Below, in pieces: positions 1 through 8,612 of a stretch of 30,025 nucleotides of DNA. The DNA lies in assembly GCA_037447435.1 (NCBI GenBank), contig JBBIGR010000053.1:1-30025 (forward strand). Reading direction: 5' to 3'. The position numbers and the translations under genes are program-made. Numbering within the stretch: position 1 is the stretch's first letter; every line of letters starts with the position of its first letter. Source of the stretch: Fibrobacteria bacterium. GTDB lineage: Bacteria > Fibrobacterota > Chitinivibrionia > Chitinivibrionales > FEN-1185. Below the pieces are notes generated by a model, which saw only the letters and a program-made list of their open reading frames with translations, did no database searches and had not been told where the DNA came from.

Positions 1-138
1 GGGTGCCGGATCAAACAATAATCAGGTGCCGAATGGGGCAATATTATGCACTTCATGAAATTATGGGAAAGCCGGTGCGGAATGTCTCGGCTTTATCAGC
101 CCGCGAAGCCTATCCCAATATGAGAAAGAATTTAACAA

Positions 139-1776
139 TTATTTAATCAAAAGCTTTAATTCTTGCATTGTTTTTCCATATTTGATAAACGCTACATAAA
201 ACCCGCATGGGGTAATATAGCCATTAATGTTTTTCCTATCCCAAACATTTTCATTTGATAATGTGCGGATCAAAGTGCCATTGATATTGTAAATATTAAT
301 TTTTGAATTCAAAGGTATTTCGTTAAATCGGACACCTTTATTTGGAAGATAAGAAACTTCAATTTTCGTGGGCTCTTTGAGAGGTAAAAAGCCTTTTTCT
401 GTTTTAGTTGTAATTGGCCCAAAAAGCGTGTCAATATCCTCTTTAGAAAGGACACGGTTATAGATTCTAACATCGTCAATTTTTCCTATAAAATGATAAC
501 CCGAGCCCCCAGTATGGTCTTGCCCAATAAACAGCCTATGATTGTTGCCTATTGCGCCTGAATCGATCATTGATGTATCAAGTTTTCCGTCAATATATAA
601 CCTTAAATTGTGAATTGTGTCTTTGGTAAGCGTTACCATATGCCAATTCGGAGTACCATCCACTTTTGCAGAGGATTTTAAATCATTATCTAAAAACGGA
701 TCTGAAAAATTTTGCCAAGCACCTAACCTCGCCCCAATACTACCGTTTCCTACGCAATAAATTTGTAAGCCCGGCATAGACATATCTTGCCAATCTATTA
801 AAGTTCGCCAGACCGTATTTACATTGGGTGAATTAAACCACAAAGATACGGTCATTGGAAGTACGAAAGATTGTGTCCCTGCTGTAAGGTAACTATTCAA
901 ACCATTAAACAAATACGCGCTATTAGAATTGCCAAATCTATCGGTCGTTAACGTAGCATTAGAAACAGTGCAATTTTTACCATTTCCACTTTCATCATTA
1001 GCATTTCCGTTAAATGGATAATAGACCGATAAACCCGCTTTAACGTTTTGGGGTGGATTTACAACGGTGCTAATAGAATCAGCAAAAAGGCCTTGGATTT
1101 CCTGTTTTGATAAAGCCCTATTGTACAATCTTATTTCGTCAACCGTTCCTGAATAATAGTCTCCTAATTCTGACGATTCGCAACCTATATAAAGCGGTTG
1201 GTCTGAGGGGAAAAGCGAATCCAAATTGAATTTGCCGCTATTGGCAAGATTTGTATCTGACCAAAGGCATATTGAATCTCCATTGTAAGTAATGGCAGCA
1301 AAATACCAATCAGCAGATTTTAAATTTGCAGGCGCTGTAAAATTATAATTCATGCCTTTATACCCTGGCATGTCGTTGTTAAAGCATATAGATTCACCAC
1401 TTTTGCTAACGTCAAACCGAATTCCAGACCCCCCCAATTTTCTTGGAATGCTGACAACCGCCCCGTTTGCTGTGGGTTTGACCCATGCCGTTATTGTAAA
1501 GCTGTTTTTAAAATGAAAGCAATTTGCGCTTGGTACTACAATCCAGCCACCATTTAGTGAAAGGGCACTGCTATCGCGACCATTTCTATCTTTTACAAAT
1601 TGGGCGCCGGTACTTACACCATGGACTGCACCATTGTTAGCGTTTACAGTACTGTCTTTTAAATTGCCATTAAACGGATAATACGCAACCAACCCGGTCT
1701 GTAAATCAATTGCGCCAGCATTAAAACCGCAGAATGCTAGGATCATTCCGGATACTAATAAATAAAAATGTCGCAT
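139..1776 (-). CDS. Secreted protein with two LamG-like jellyroll (concanavalin-like) domains and a C-terminal FlgD-Ig/T9SS type A-like tail
   Basis: Signal peptide; tandem repeats GLVAYYPFNGN...GTVDEIRLYNRALS and GLSVYYPFNGN...GKIDDVRIYNRVLS; C-terminal KINIYNINGTLIRTL...WD...GFYV tail; AGGAGG RBS upstream. Confidence 0.85.
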   Translation of the reverse strand: MRHFYLLVSGMILAFCGFNAGAIDLQTGLVAYYPFNGNLKDSTVNANNGAVHGVSTGAQFVKDRNGRDSSALSLNGGWIVVPSANCFHFKNSFTITAWVKPTANGAVVSIPRKLGGSGIRFDVSKSGESICFNNDMPGYKGMNYNFTAPANLKSADWYFAAITYNGDSICLWSDTNLANSGKFNLDSLFPSDQPLYIGCESSELGDYYSGTVDEIRLYNRALSKQEIQGLFADSISTVVNPPQNVKAGLSVYYPFNGNANDESGNGKNCTVSNATLTTDRFGNSNSAYLFNGLNSYLTAGTQSFVLPMTVSLWFNSPNVNTVWRTLIDWQDMSMPGLQIYCVGNGSIGARLGAWQNFSDPFLDNDLKSSAKVDGTPNWHMVTLTKDTIHNLRLYIDGKLDTSMIDSGAIGNNHRLFIGQDHTGGSGYHFIGKIDDVRIYNRVLSKEDIDTLFGPITTKTEKGFLPLKEPTKIEVSYLPNKGVRFNEIPLNSKINIYNINGTLIRTLSNENVWDRKNINGYITPCGFYVAFIKYGKTMQELKLLIK

Positions 1777-1905
1777 TAAACACCTCCTATTTACATGAAA
1801 TGAATTTCGATATGAATTGATTTATACAAATTTTTGCTTTATATCTTTAATACGAGCGCTGTCTTACTTTGAAAAGAAAAAAGGACGCGACTCTCATTCC
1901 ATCCC

Positions 1906-2014
1906 GTTTCGAGGTACTGGTATACCCAACTGACAAGACGAAAGAAAGCGCGTCCCATACGGGACGCATCCTTCTACTCGTTCTGTCAGTTTGAAAATTA
2001 CCAGTTTTCGAAAC
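1906..2014. ncRNA. Putative structured RNA / long imperfect hairpin
   Basis: Nested complementary segments GTTTCGA/TCGAAAC, ACTGGTA/TACCAGT, AACTGACA/TGTCAGTT and apical GCGTCCC-ATAC-GGGACGC. Confidence 0.5.
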
Positions 2015-2149
2015 AGAAACAAGCAAAGCATGTGTAATCATTTTCAAGTTTTCTTTATCGTGTTTCTATCTATAATCCTTTATTAAAGTCTTCATATTCT
2101 GAACAAAAAATATAAATTCCACCGCTCCAAAATCCTTGACCTTTCCCTT

Positions 2150-2692
2150 TTATTTCCCAAATCCCATTTTCTTTTTTTCTTCCGGCGAATAGTGCTTTTC
2201 TGGCAATTCCGGTTTTGGATGAAAAAGGCTCTTAAGCGCATCGAAAGCAATTTGTATTTGCCTGTCATGAATATTGAGCCGTTTTTCGATGTTGGTAATG
2301 GCTTTTTTTATTTCCGAATTATCGGACACGACATTTCGAAGTTTTACAAAGGCGCGCATAATTTGTACATTGACCTGAATTGCGTGTTCTGAATTTAATA
2401 CGCTCGACAACATGGCCACACCCAACTCTGTAAAAGCATAAGGCAAATATTTTAAATGTTGACCGCGCTTTAAGATCACATTTTGTGATCTTAAAGAATC
2501 ATGTTCCTCTTTGGATAATTGGAACATGAAATCTTCGGGAAATCTTGTGATATTGCGGCGAACCGCCTGGTTCAGCATCCTTGTCTCTACATCGTAAATA
2601 GTAGCAAGGTCGCGATCAAGCATTACTTTTTTCCCTCGTAGGGAATAAATCTTGTTTTCAATCAAATCTTGCGATAGTATGTCCGTCATCAT
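2150..2692 (-). CDS. ORF6N-domain DNA-binding protein (mobile-element associated)
   Basis: IENKIYSLRGKKVMLDRDLA..Y.VETRMLNQAVRRN..RFPEDFMFQL, YLPYAFTELGVAMLSSVLNS; start moved to MMTDIL, which follows an AAAGGA RBS. Confidence 0.9.
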   Translation of the reverse strand: MMTDILSQDLIENKIYSLRGKKVMLDRDLATIYDVETRMLNQAVRRNITRFPEDFMFQLSKEEHDSLRSQNVILKRGQHLKYLPYAFTELGVAMLSSVLNSEHAIQVNVQIMRAFVKLRNVVSDNSEIKKAITNIEKRLNIHDRQIQIAFDALKSLFHPKPELPEKHYSPEEKKKMGFGK

Positions 2693-2798
2693 TTTTCCTT
2701 TCAAAATAATAAAATATAAATTGTCTGACCATTTTCCAAACAAGAACCGCCACTACTTGCCCAAAGTTAACGGCAAGGGCAGCCTCAATGCAGGCATA

Positions 2799-2874
2799 GA
2801 ATTACATAATGGGATCTTATGTGCCCCGGCTTTGCCGGGGTCTCCCTTCGGCGCATAAGCCCATTATGTAACCT
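2799..2874. repeat. Inverted pair of dif-like XerC/XerD-type sites able to fold into a bulged hairpin
   Basis: Plus strand TCGGCGCATAA-GCCCA-TTATGTAACCT (2848-2874); minus strand GGGGCACATAA-GATCCCA-TTATGTAATTC (2799-2827); 12-bp perfect stem 2802-2813/2860-2871. Confidence 0.65.
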
Positions 2875-3140
2875 TGCACCCTGGTTCAAAACGCGGCATC
2901 ATCATTATTTCAGCTTTTGCCGATTAAAAGAAACCTGAATAGCCAATTCTGTCAAAAATCAAAAATCCCTATGGCTATTGATTGATGACTAACATCGGAT
3001 GATATTATTTGGGGCATTTTGACCTTTGCGCTTTTCGGGTCCCTAAGGAAATGAAAAACTGAAAAGGTCGAATTGTACTTTCCCCTTTTTTCCGTAAATG
3101 GTCATATCCGGTATTCGGTTTTAGAAATCCACTTTTTGCT

Positions 3141-3176
3141 ACTCTTGACAAGAGTGACTATCACAGCACTATCACA
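3141..3176. repeat. Short palindrome plus tandem 9-bp direct repeats (possible integrase arm-type sites)
   Basis: ACTCTT-GAC-AAGAGT (3141-3155); ACTATCACA at 3157-3165 and 3168-3176 (11-bp period). Confidence 0.45.
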
Positions 3177-3241
3177 CTTACGGAGAAAAGGGGGGCTTTT
3201 TGGGGTATTTGAGGGTTTTCGGCAAATCGGTTAAAAACAAG

Positions 3242-3286
3242 AAAACCCTCTAAAAATGGCTAATTTGCACACTTTTAAGGGGTTTT
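3242..3286 (-). terminator. Hairpin just 3' of the tRNA, probable intrinsic terminator
   Basis: Minus strand AAAACCCCTTAAAAGTG...CATTTTTAGAGGGTTTT followed by a U-rich CTTGTTTTT tract. Confidence 0.5.
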
Positions 3287-3289
3287 TAA

Positions 3290-3366
3290 TGGTGCGCCCT
3301 GAGAGACTCGAACTCCCAACCGTCTGGTTCGAAGCCAGGTGCTCTATCCAATTGAGCTAAGGGCGC
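3290..3366 (-). tRNA. tRNA-Arg, anticodon UCG
   Basis: GCGCCCT TA GCTC AATTGGATA GAGC A CCTGG CT-TCG-AA CCAGA CGGTT GGGAG TTCGAGT CTCTC AGGGCGC ACCA; perfect acceptor stem, encoded CCA, A20 Arg identity base in the D loop. Confidence 0.96.
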
Positions 3367-3394
3367 ATGGGATTAAAATACATGGAAAACAGGA

Positions 3395-4639
3395 TTATCG
3401 GGCAAAATCCTGTAATTTCATGCCGTCTATCGAAATGTTGTCTAACCAAAGCGTAACTGTGTCGCCGGGGTTATTATCGGGATATTTTGCGACGAACGCG
3501 ATTTTGTAAATCGCGGTGCAGACTTTTTTCCAGGTATATCCCTGGGAAAAGGCGACCGAAGGAATGAAAAGGGAATCGATTGGAATCGAAATGCTTGTCC
3601 ATGTCGAAGGAATCGGTAAGACATGAGAGAATTGAAAGCTGTTGTTTCCGGCCAAGGTATCCAGGATTCGGGAATAAAATCTGACCTCGATTTTGCCCGA
3701 TCCTTTTGCTTCGAATGAAAACGATTTCATTTTCGACAAATCATAAAAGTCGGTCGAATTCGTTGCTCCGATTCTGAACCCGCAAATTGCCCAGGGGAAT
3801 ATCGTGTCGCCCAGCGCGTAAACGATTTTTCTGCTTTGACCTGAAAATGCTTCCCTTCCGTTCGAGTTGTTCTGGAGGATCGTCGAGGTGCCGCCATACG
3901 GCGCATCAAGGACGGAATACCATTCCCCTCCGCCAAGTAACAGCCCCATGGTCGTTTGGCCGGTCGTACCGGAAAAATCGTCAATAAGAACGCTGCTTGT
4001 CGTGATCGGAATATTTCCAAGCGCAGTCGATATCCCCGCTTGGGCGGTGATGTTGCTGCACAGGAACCAAGAAGTTGCGGAATCCGTGGAAACGGACGAC
4101 ATGATGTTGAATGTCCCCTGTGGCAGGCTCGGAAAATAAAAATCGGTTCCCTCGCCGAATGTGGCTTTATAGGCGGTGCCGCTCAATACCATTTTTTGAA
4201 CAACGCCTTGATCGGTGGAAATAAATCCCGAGTATTTTGCAACCGGATGCATGGATAAACTTACCGTATCAGAATCGTGTCCGTACAGGGAAATAATATT
4301 CTTAACGAATACTCCTTCGATGCCGTTGTCGATTTGAATATTGTATTCCGCAGTGTCGGGGACAGAAATCGAATAGTTTCCTTGTGCATCGGTCTGTACC
4401 GAATCAACGACAACCGATTGGTTTTTGTAAATATTATTCAGCCAATTGCGATTGTCGATAAGCAGGATCTTTTCATGGGCGGCAGGCATGCCGTCGCTGG
4501 TAAAAACCCGTCCCTTAAGATTGCCGTTTTCGGAGGTACTGACGCCTCCGGCCACCTTTGTCGGCGATGAGGTACAAGAAAGTAACGAACTTGCCGTCAA
4601 AACGGACAAACACGTTATCATCGTCAATAAACTTTTCAT
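3395..4639 (-). CDS. Lipoprotein: carboxypeptidase-regulatory-like Ig/beta-sandwich domains plus a C-terminal CBM11/CIA30-like carbohydrate-binding domain
   Basis: Lipobox LLSC; SPTKVAGG; C-terminal LIDDF...GGEWY...YDLSKMKSFSFEAKGSG...WTSISIP...LWLDNI; start overlaps the upstream stop (ATGA). Confidence 0.75.
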   Translation of the reverse strand: MKSLLTMITCLSVLTASSLLSCTSSPTKVAGGVSTSENGNLKGRVFTSDGMPAAHEKILLIDNRNWLNNIYKNQSVVVDSVQTDAQGNYSISVPDTAEYNIQIDNGIEGVFVKNIISLYGHDSDTVSLSMHPVAKYSGFISTDQGVVQKMVLSGTAYKATFGEGTDFYFPSLPQGTFNIMSSVSTDSATSWFLCSNITAQAGISTALGNIPITTSSVLIDDFSGTTGQTTMGLLLGGGEWYSVLDAPYGGTSTILQNNSNGREAFSGQSRKIVYALGDTIFPWAICGFRIGATNSTDFYDLSKMKSFSFEAKGSGKIEVRFYSRILDTLAGNNSFQFSHVLPIPSTWTSISIPIDSLFIPSVAFSQGYTWKKVCTAIYKIAFVAKYPDNNPGDTVTLWLDNISIDGMKLQDFAR

Positions 4640-5493
4640 GATAGCGGCCCTTGCGCTTTGTTTTCCATTACGCCGACGTCCTCGCTTATAGGGAACAATT
4701 GGAAGTTAAATTGGTAAACCTGCGAGCTGTGCTCGTCTCGGGTCACGATGGTTTTTACGCGTTCCTTGAATGCAGCCAATTCGGTGAGGAGTACGTCATA
4801 GCAAACGGGTGAAATGCCAAGCGTCATTGAGGAAATATTCCGTTTTGTCGTGGGCAGGCTTTCATTGGCTTCCTTTGCTCTTTCAAGCATGGCGCTATTG
4901 AAGGATCGCCGCGCCAAAGCAACCATTTCATCGTTGCTCACAATGGCCTGATTCGATTGCGCGTAAGTACCGTCGGGTTGCTTTACCAGAAGCTTGAGCC
5001 GTAAAAGGAGCTGAACCGATTTTTCGGCATCCCGCGTGGAAATCGCCGGGCGAACCGCCTTTCCAAGCAAGGAAAAATTGTCCTTAAAATCATGCAAGCA
5101 AACCAATTCCCGAATGATGCTGTGATACCAACTTTCAAAATATGAGAAATGGTCTGCCGATAATTGAAATTCTTGAACATAATCGCCCATGCTCAACAAG
5201 ACGCTGTAATGTTCTTGTTTTTCATTTGCGGTTCGTGCTTGATTGAATAAAACGAGATTACGAAAAAACAGGCTTTCCTTTTTGTTCAAATCCAGGGATT
5301 TTGCAAATTTATCAATCATCGGCGGAGTTAAGTTACGTTTCCCGTCGATAACTTCCTTTAAAAACGCCGGAGATTTTATATCGGAATGCTGGGCAAAATA
5401 GCGATATGAAAAATATCGTGTCGTTTGTTTCTTGTGATTATAAAAATCAGCAAGAAAAACGCGATAATCGATATAACTAAAAATTCGTTTCAT
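4636..5493 (-). CDS. TIGR02147 family protein (N-terminal HTH-like region, C-terminal DUF4423), putative regulator
   Basis: IFSYIDYRVFLADFY..KK....FSYRYFA...SPAFLKEVIDGKRNLT, FRNLVLFNQA, WYHSIIRELV, RNISSMTL, VYQFNFQLFP. Confidence 0.88.
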   Translation of the reverse strand: MKRIFSYIDYRVFLADFYNHKKQTTRYFSYRYFAQHSDIKSPAFLKEVIDGKRNLTPPMIDKFAKSLDLNKKESLFFRNLVLFNQARTANEKQEHYSVLLSMGDYVQEFQLSADHFSYFESWYHSIIRELVCLHDFKDNFSLLGKAVRPAISTRDAEKSVQLLLRLKLLVKQPDGTYAQSNQAIVSNDEMVALARRSFNSAMLERAKEANESLPTTKRNISSMTLGISPVCYDVLLTELAAFKERVKTIVTRDEHSSQVYQFNFQLFPISEDVGVMENKAQGPLS

Positions 5494-5497
5494 ACTA

Positions 5498-5509
5498 GTA
5501 TAAATATAC
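5498..5509 (-). promoter_or_regulatory. GTATATTTATAC element 4 nt upstream of ATG (-10-like box of a nearly leaderless mRNA, or operator)
   Basis: Identical 12-mer at identical spacing before the ATG at 13778; no Shine-Dalgarno. Confidence 0.5.
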
Positions 5510-6025
5510 GCGCTTTATTGTTAGAAAAAACAGAGAAAATCATTATAATGCGCATCTTTTAACAATAATGAGAATGCATATAGTTGTAACATGCTAAAAT
5601 ATAACACTTTAGATATTAGGTTGTTACTGTCTGTAATAGTTTTGAGTACAAAAAATTCAATATTCGGACATAGTTCCGGTTTTGTCGGAAGTTTTAGAGA
5701 TCAGTAGGCTGCTTTTTTTTGTGAGGGGCAATGCGTTTATGTTGTGGAATAAAGGCTTGTGAATAAAATTTAAATATATGAAACATATAATATATAATAA
5801 ATACAATGACTTATGAATAAAAATGATAAATTAATAAAAAAAATAGAAAATATTGAAAGAATTTTAATTGAAATAATGCTATATTATTTGCAATAAAATT
5901 TGAGTTAAAACAAGAGGTTTCAGGAGGATTGCGCCATAGCGGAAGACGTTTGCTATAAATTAAGTGGTCTGCACAGTAATTCGAAAAATGTCTTTATATA
6001 ATCTTTAATCAACGAAGGGGAGTGT

Positions 6026-7189
6026 ATGTCGTTTTTTTCTCAATCGGCCCGTTTGGGGCTCTGGACAATGGCTGCTGTTGCTTGTTTACATGCGCAAACG
6101 GCGACCATGACGGGAATCGTAAAAAACAACACCGGATCCGCATTGAACGGCGCAAAAGTATCGCTTTCCGTTCTCGGGTTGACTACGCAAACGTCGAGTG
6201 ACGGCAAGTTCTCTTTCAGCGGAATAACTTCTGCAGCGGTCGGCTTCCGGGCCCATGCGGTAAATTCGGTAAAATTGCAGGGGACAAAATTCAATCTGAC
6301 GATCGCTTCACAAAGAGAAAAAGTTTCATTGGAATTGTTCGATCTGGCAGGCCGTAACTGCAAAACTTTGATAAATCGGGAACTGCAGTCCGGAGCATAT
6401 GTCCTCGATGCCGCTTCTGCGCAACTACCCGCATCGATGTATGTGGCAAAAATACGGATAGGCACGGTCGTCAACTGTTATACCGTATCATTGCTTAGCG
6501 GAAACGCGGTAAAATCGTTAGGATGCACTCGGTCGGGCAATGCGTCGGGAATCCTTTCAAAGCAAGCCATTGCGATCATCGATACTATTGTCGTCGATAT
6601 GGCCGGATATGGAAAAAGTTATACGCCTATAGCAAAATATGCCAGCGATTACACCATAGTTTTGGATCCCAAAGCAACAGCCGTGAACACGAAGATTTTT
6701 TCCGAACGTGCATTTGCGCAAATCGATTGGGGAAAGACAAATGTTCAAGTTTGGGATAATGCGGGCGGACCTTCCGGGACACAGTTGAATGGCAGCTATC
6801 CGGACGCTTTTGAAGGAGCGGTCGGTTGGAAAGCGGTTTGCGGGTACGGTTTTTCGGTATGGGTTTTTCGTACCGCAAATCCCAATGGTGTCGATATGTC
6901 GGCTTTTGAGGGCGGTTATTTGCATGTTGCCGTTAAAGGAAGCGTTCCGAGTTTAGGCATGTTTGTGACGTCGGTGGGCAGCCAGAATCCGCGATTGGAT
7001 TTGTCGACGCTGGGCTATTCCGACGATGGAAAATGGCATGAACTCAAAATACCTTTGACGAGCTTCGGTACCATCGATTTGTCGAAGCTCGATGTTTATT
7101 GCGGGTTTGCCGCGCCGGCTGTTGATAACGGGGATTATGCCGCCGGATTGTCGTATGTTATAGACGATTTATATTTCATGCCGAAATAA
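6026..7189 (+). CDS. Secreted modular protein: carboxypeptidase-regulatory-like N-domain, internal FlgD/T9SS-tail-like domain, C-terminal CBM-like domain
   Basis: Signal peptide; GIVKNNTGSALNGAKVSL; VSLELFDLAGR..KTL...LPASMYVAKI; DMSAFEGGYLH..KG...DGKWHELKIPLTSF...YVIDDLYF; GGGGAG RBS. Confidence 0.7.
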   Translation: MSFFSQSARLGLWTMAAVACLHAQTATMTGIVKNNTGSALNGAKVSLSVLGLTTQTSSDGKFSFSGITSAAVGFRAHAVNSVKLQGTKFNLTIASQREKVSLELFDLAGRNCKTLINRELQSGAYVLDAASAQLPASMYVAKIRIGTVVNCYTVSLLSGNAVKSLGCTRSGNASGILSKQAIAIIDTIVVDMAGYGKSYTPIAKYASDYTIVLDPKATAVNTKIFSERAFAQIDWGKTNVQVWDNAGGPSGTQLNGSYPDAFEGAVGWKAVCGYGFSVWVFRTANPNGVDMSAFEGGYLHVAVKGSVPSLGMFVTSVGSQNPRLDLSTLGYSDDGKWHELKIPLTSFGTIDLSKLDVYCGFAAPAVDNGDYAAGLSYVIDDLYFMPK

Positions 7190-7228
7190 TAACACCGTGA
7201 TGATATCTTTGCCGAGAGGGGTACAATA

Positions 7229-7255
7229 AAAACGGACCGAAATTCGGTCCGTTTT
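7229..7255. terminator. Bidirectional intrinsic terminator between convergent genes
   Basis: Perfect 12-bp stem AAAACGGACCGA-AAT-TCGGTCCGTTTT flanked by A and T tracts. Confidence 0.85.
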
Positions 7256-7304
7256 ATTTTACCCGGTGTTTGGGGAATGGATCAAACCTGTTGCCTGCTT
7301 TTTA

Positions 7305-8612
7305 TCACCTCATGCGTAAAGCCCAATAAATTGAATTCTCAAACAACGTCCAACCCAGTGCGTTAAAATGGACCATTGCGTCGGCATGAAACGAGAATGC
7401 AACCCGCCGTGCGGGTGCTTGCATGGTAAACATTTGCGCCCCTATATCATACGTAAATAAAATAACATGATTGACATCGCCGTAAACCGATACGACAAGT
7501 TTGCTGAAATCGTTCGGCCTTCCCCAAACCATTGGTAAAGAATCCGTTTCGACGATTTGAATGCCTGCTAATCCCGGTGAAATCGGGTTTGCGACATCGC
7601 GCATTTCAACAATGGTCAGTTTCAGGGAATCCGGAATCGAGGAAACGCTGTCCTTGTTATAAACGGTAAAATCGGTTCCTCTTATTTTTCCGGTCATATC
7701 GAGCAATGGATAGGTTGCCGGTTGGCAAGTGATTATCGGAATGGACAATGTTTTCAAAAAGCCGAGTGAAGCGCCGCTTACCAACGGGGATATCAGCACA
7801 AGGTCCTTGTTATTGCAATCTGCGGCCAAAACAGCTGATTCTGCTTTTGTCACGACCGCCAGGCCGGTTCGTCCGATATTGGAAACGATCAAATCCTCCG
7901 CAGGGGCAAGGGCCGAATTCGCACAGATGAGCAAACAGGTCGCAGTACCGGCAGCGGTCGTGCAATTCGGTTGAACCTGAATGTTTTTCGCGACAGAAAA
8001 CGTCGGCTCTTCGCTGTAATAGTCGTAATAGGCAAGAGACGGCAATGAGCCGGCCGGAATATGATCGATAATGACGGCACTTTGGGTGGTAGGGATCCTT
8101 GTATAAACGTCGGTACCGGGTATGAAAAGAAAAGCGCCTGGCAATAAGGGCTTGTTGGGCAATAATGCGACAAAAAGCGCTCCCGGCTTTCTGAGTGAAT
8201 CGCTGCGCAGCACGATCGTATCGGCGTTTTTGACGGCTATGTTAGGAATGTATAACGATGTCCGAAGATCGGGGCCTGCTTCATAAACCGCATACACCGC
8301 ATAATTATTGCTTTTAACGTCTGAGAAACTGTACACTCCGTTGGAATCTGTCGCGGTACTATATGAAAAAGAGTCTGTAGAAGTATCTTTAGTTTGCAAA
8401 GGATTGTAGTCTTGAGGCAATAGTCTGACCGTTATTCGCGATACTGCCGTACCGCCGGCTGTGGTTATAGAGCCCGATATTTTTGCATTGGAAACGTCTG
8501 TCCCGCCTCCGGCAACGGTAGGGCTTTTCGACGCACATCCAAAGAATAACGAAGCGCAAATTGTTAGGCCAAGCAAGAGGAACGAGGCGGTATTACGGTT
8601 TACCATGCGCAT
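7305..8612 (-). CDS. Lipoprotein: carboxypeptidase-regulatory-like domain plus a C-terminal alpha/beta (class I GATase-like, apparently non-catalytic) domain; alternative start 8606
   Basis: Lipobox FFGC; SPTVAGGGTDVSN; TDSNGVYSF; C-terminal DLVLIS...PARRVAF...GWTLFENSIYWA; overlaps the end of the upstream TIGR02147 gene. Confidence 0.7.
   Translation of the reverse strand: MRMVNRNTASFLLLGLTICASLFFGCASKSPTVAGGGTDVSNAKISGSITTAGGTAVSRITVRLLPQDYNPLQTKDTSTDSFSYSTATDSNGVYSFSDVKSNNYAVYAVYEAGPDLRTSLYIPNIAVKNADTIVLRSDSLRKPGALFVALLPNKPLLPGAFLFIPGTDVYTRIPTTQSAVIIDHIPAGSLPSLAYYDYYSEEPTFSVAKNIQVQPNCTTAAGTATCLLICANSALAPAEDLIVSNIGRTGLAVVTKAESAVLAADCNNKDLVLISPLVSGASLGFLKTLSIPIITCQPATYPLLDMTGKIRGTDFTVYNKDSVSSIPDSLKLTIVEMRDVANPISPGLAGIQIVETDSLPMVWGRPNDFSKLVVSVYGDVNHVILFTYDIGAQMFTMQAPARRVAFSFHADAMVHFNALGWTLFENSIYWALRMR

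Noticed and set aside
60..120. Imperfect inverted repeats (TATGGGA/TCCCAATA, AAAGCCG/CGGCTTT) after the LamG gene as a second Xer hairpin
   Set aside because: No recognisable XerD-type arms; more simply a terminator-like or decayed structure
1847..2047. 66-aa ORF as a standalone gene
   Set aside because: No recognisable domain and it coincides with the long hairpin; noted only within the RNA finding
2799..2874. Integron attC interpretation of the hairpin
   Set aside because: It lacks the RYYYAAC...GTTRRRY arrangement (GTT/AAC polarity is reversed), no intI or cassette array is visible, and the arms fit dif better
2880..3140. Integrase pseudogene next to the tRNA
   Set aside because: No translatable tyrosine-recombinase motifs could be recognised
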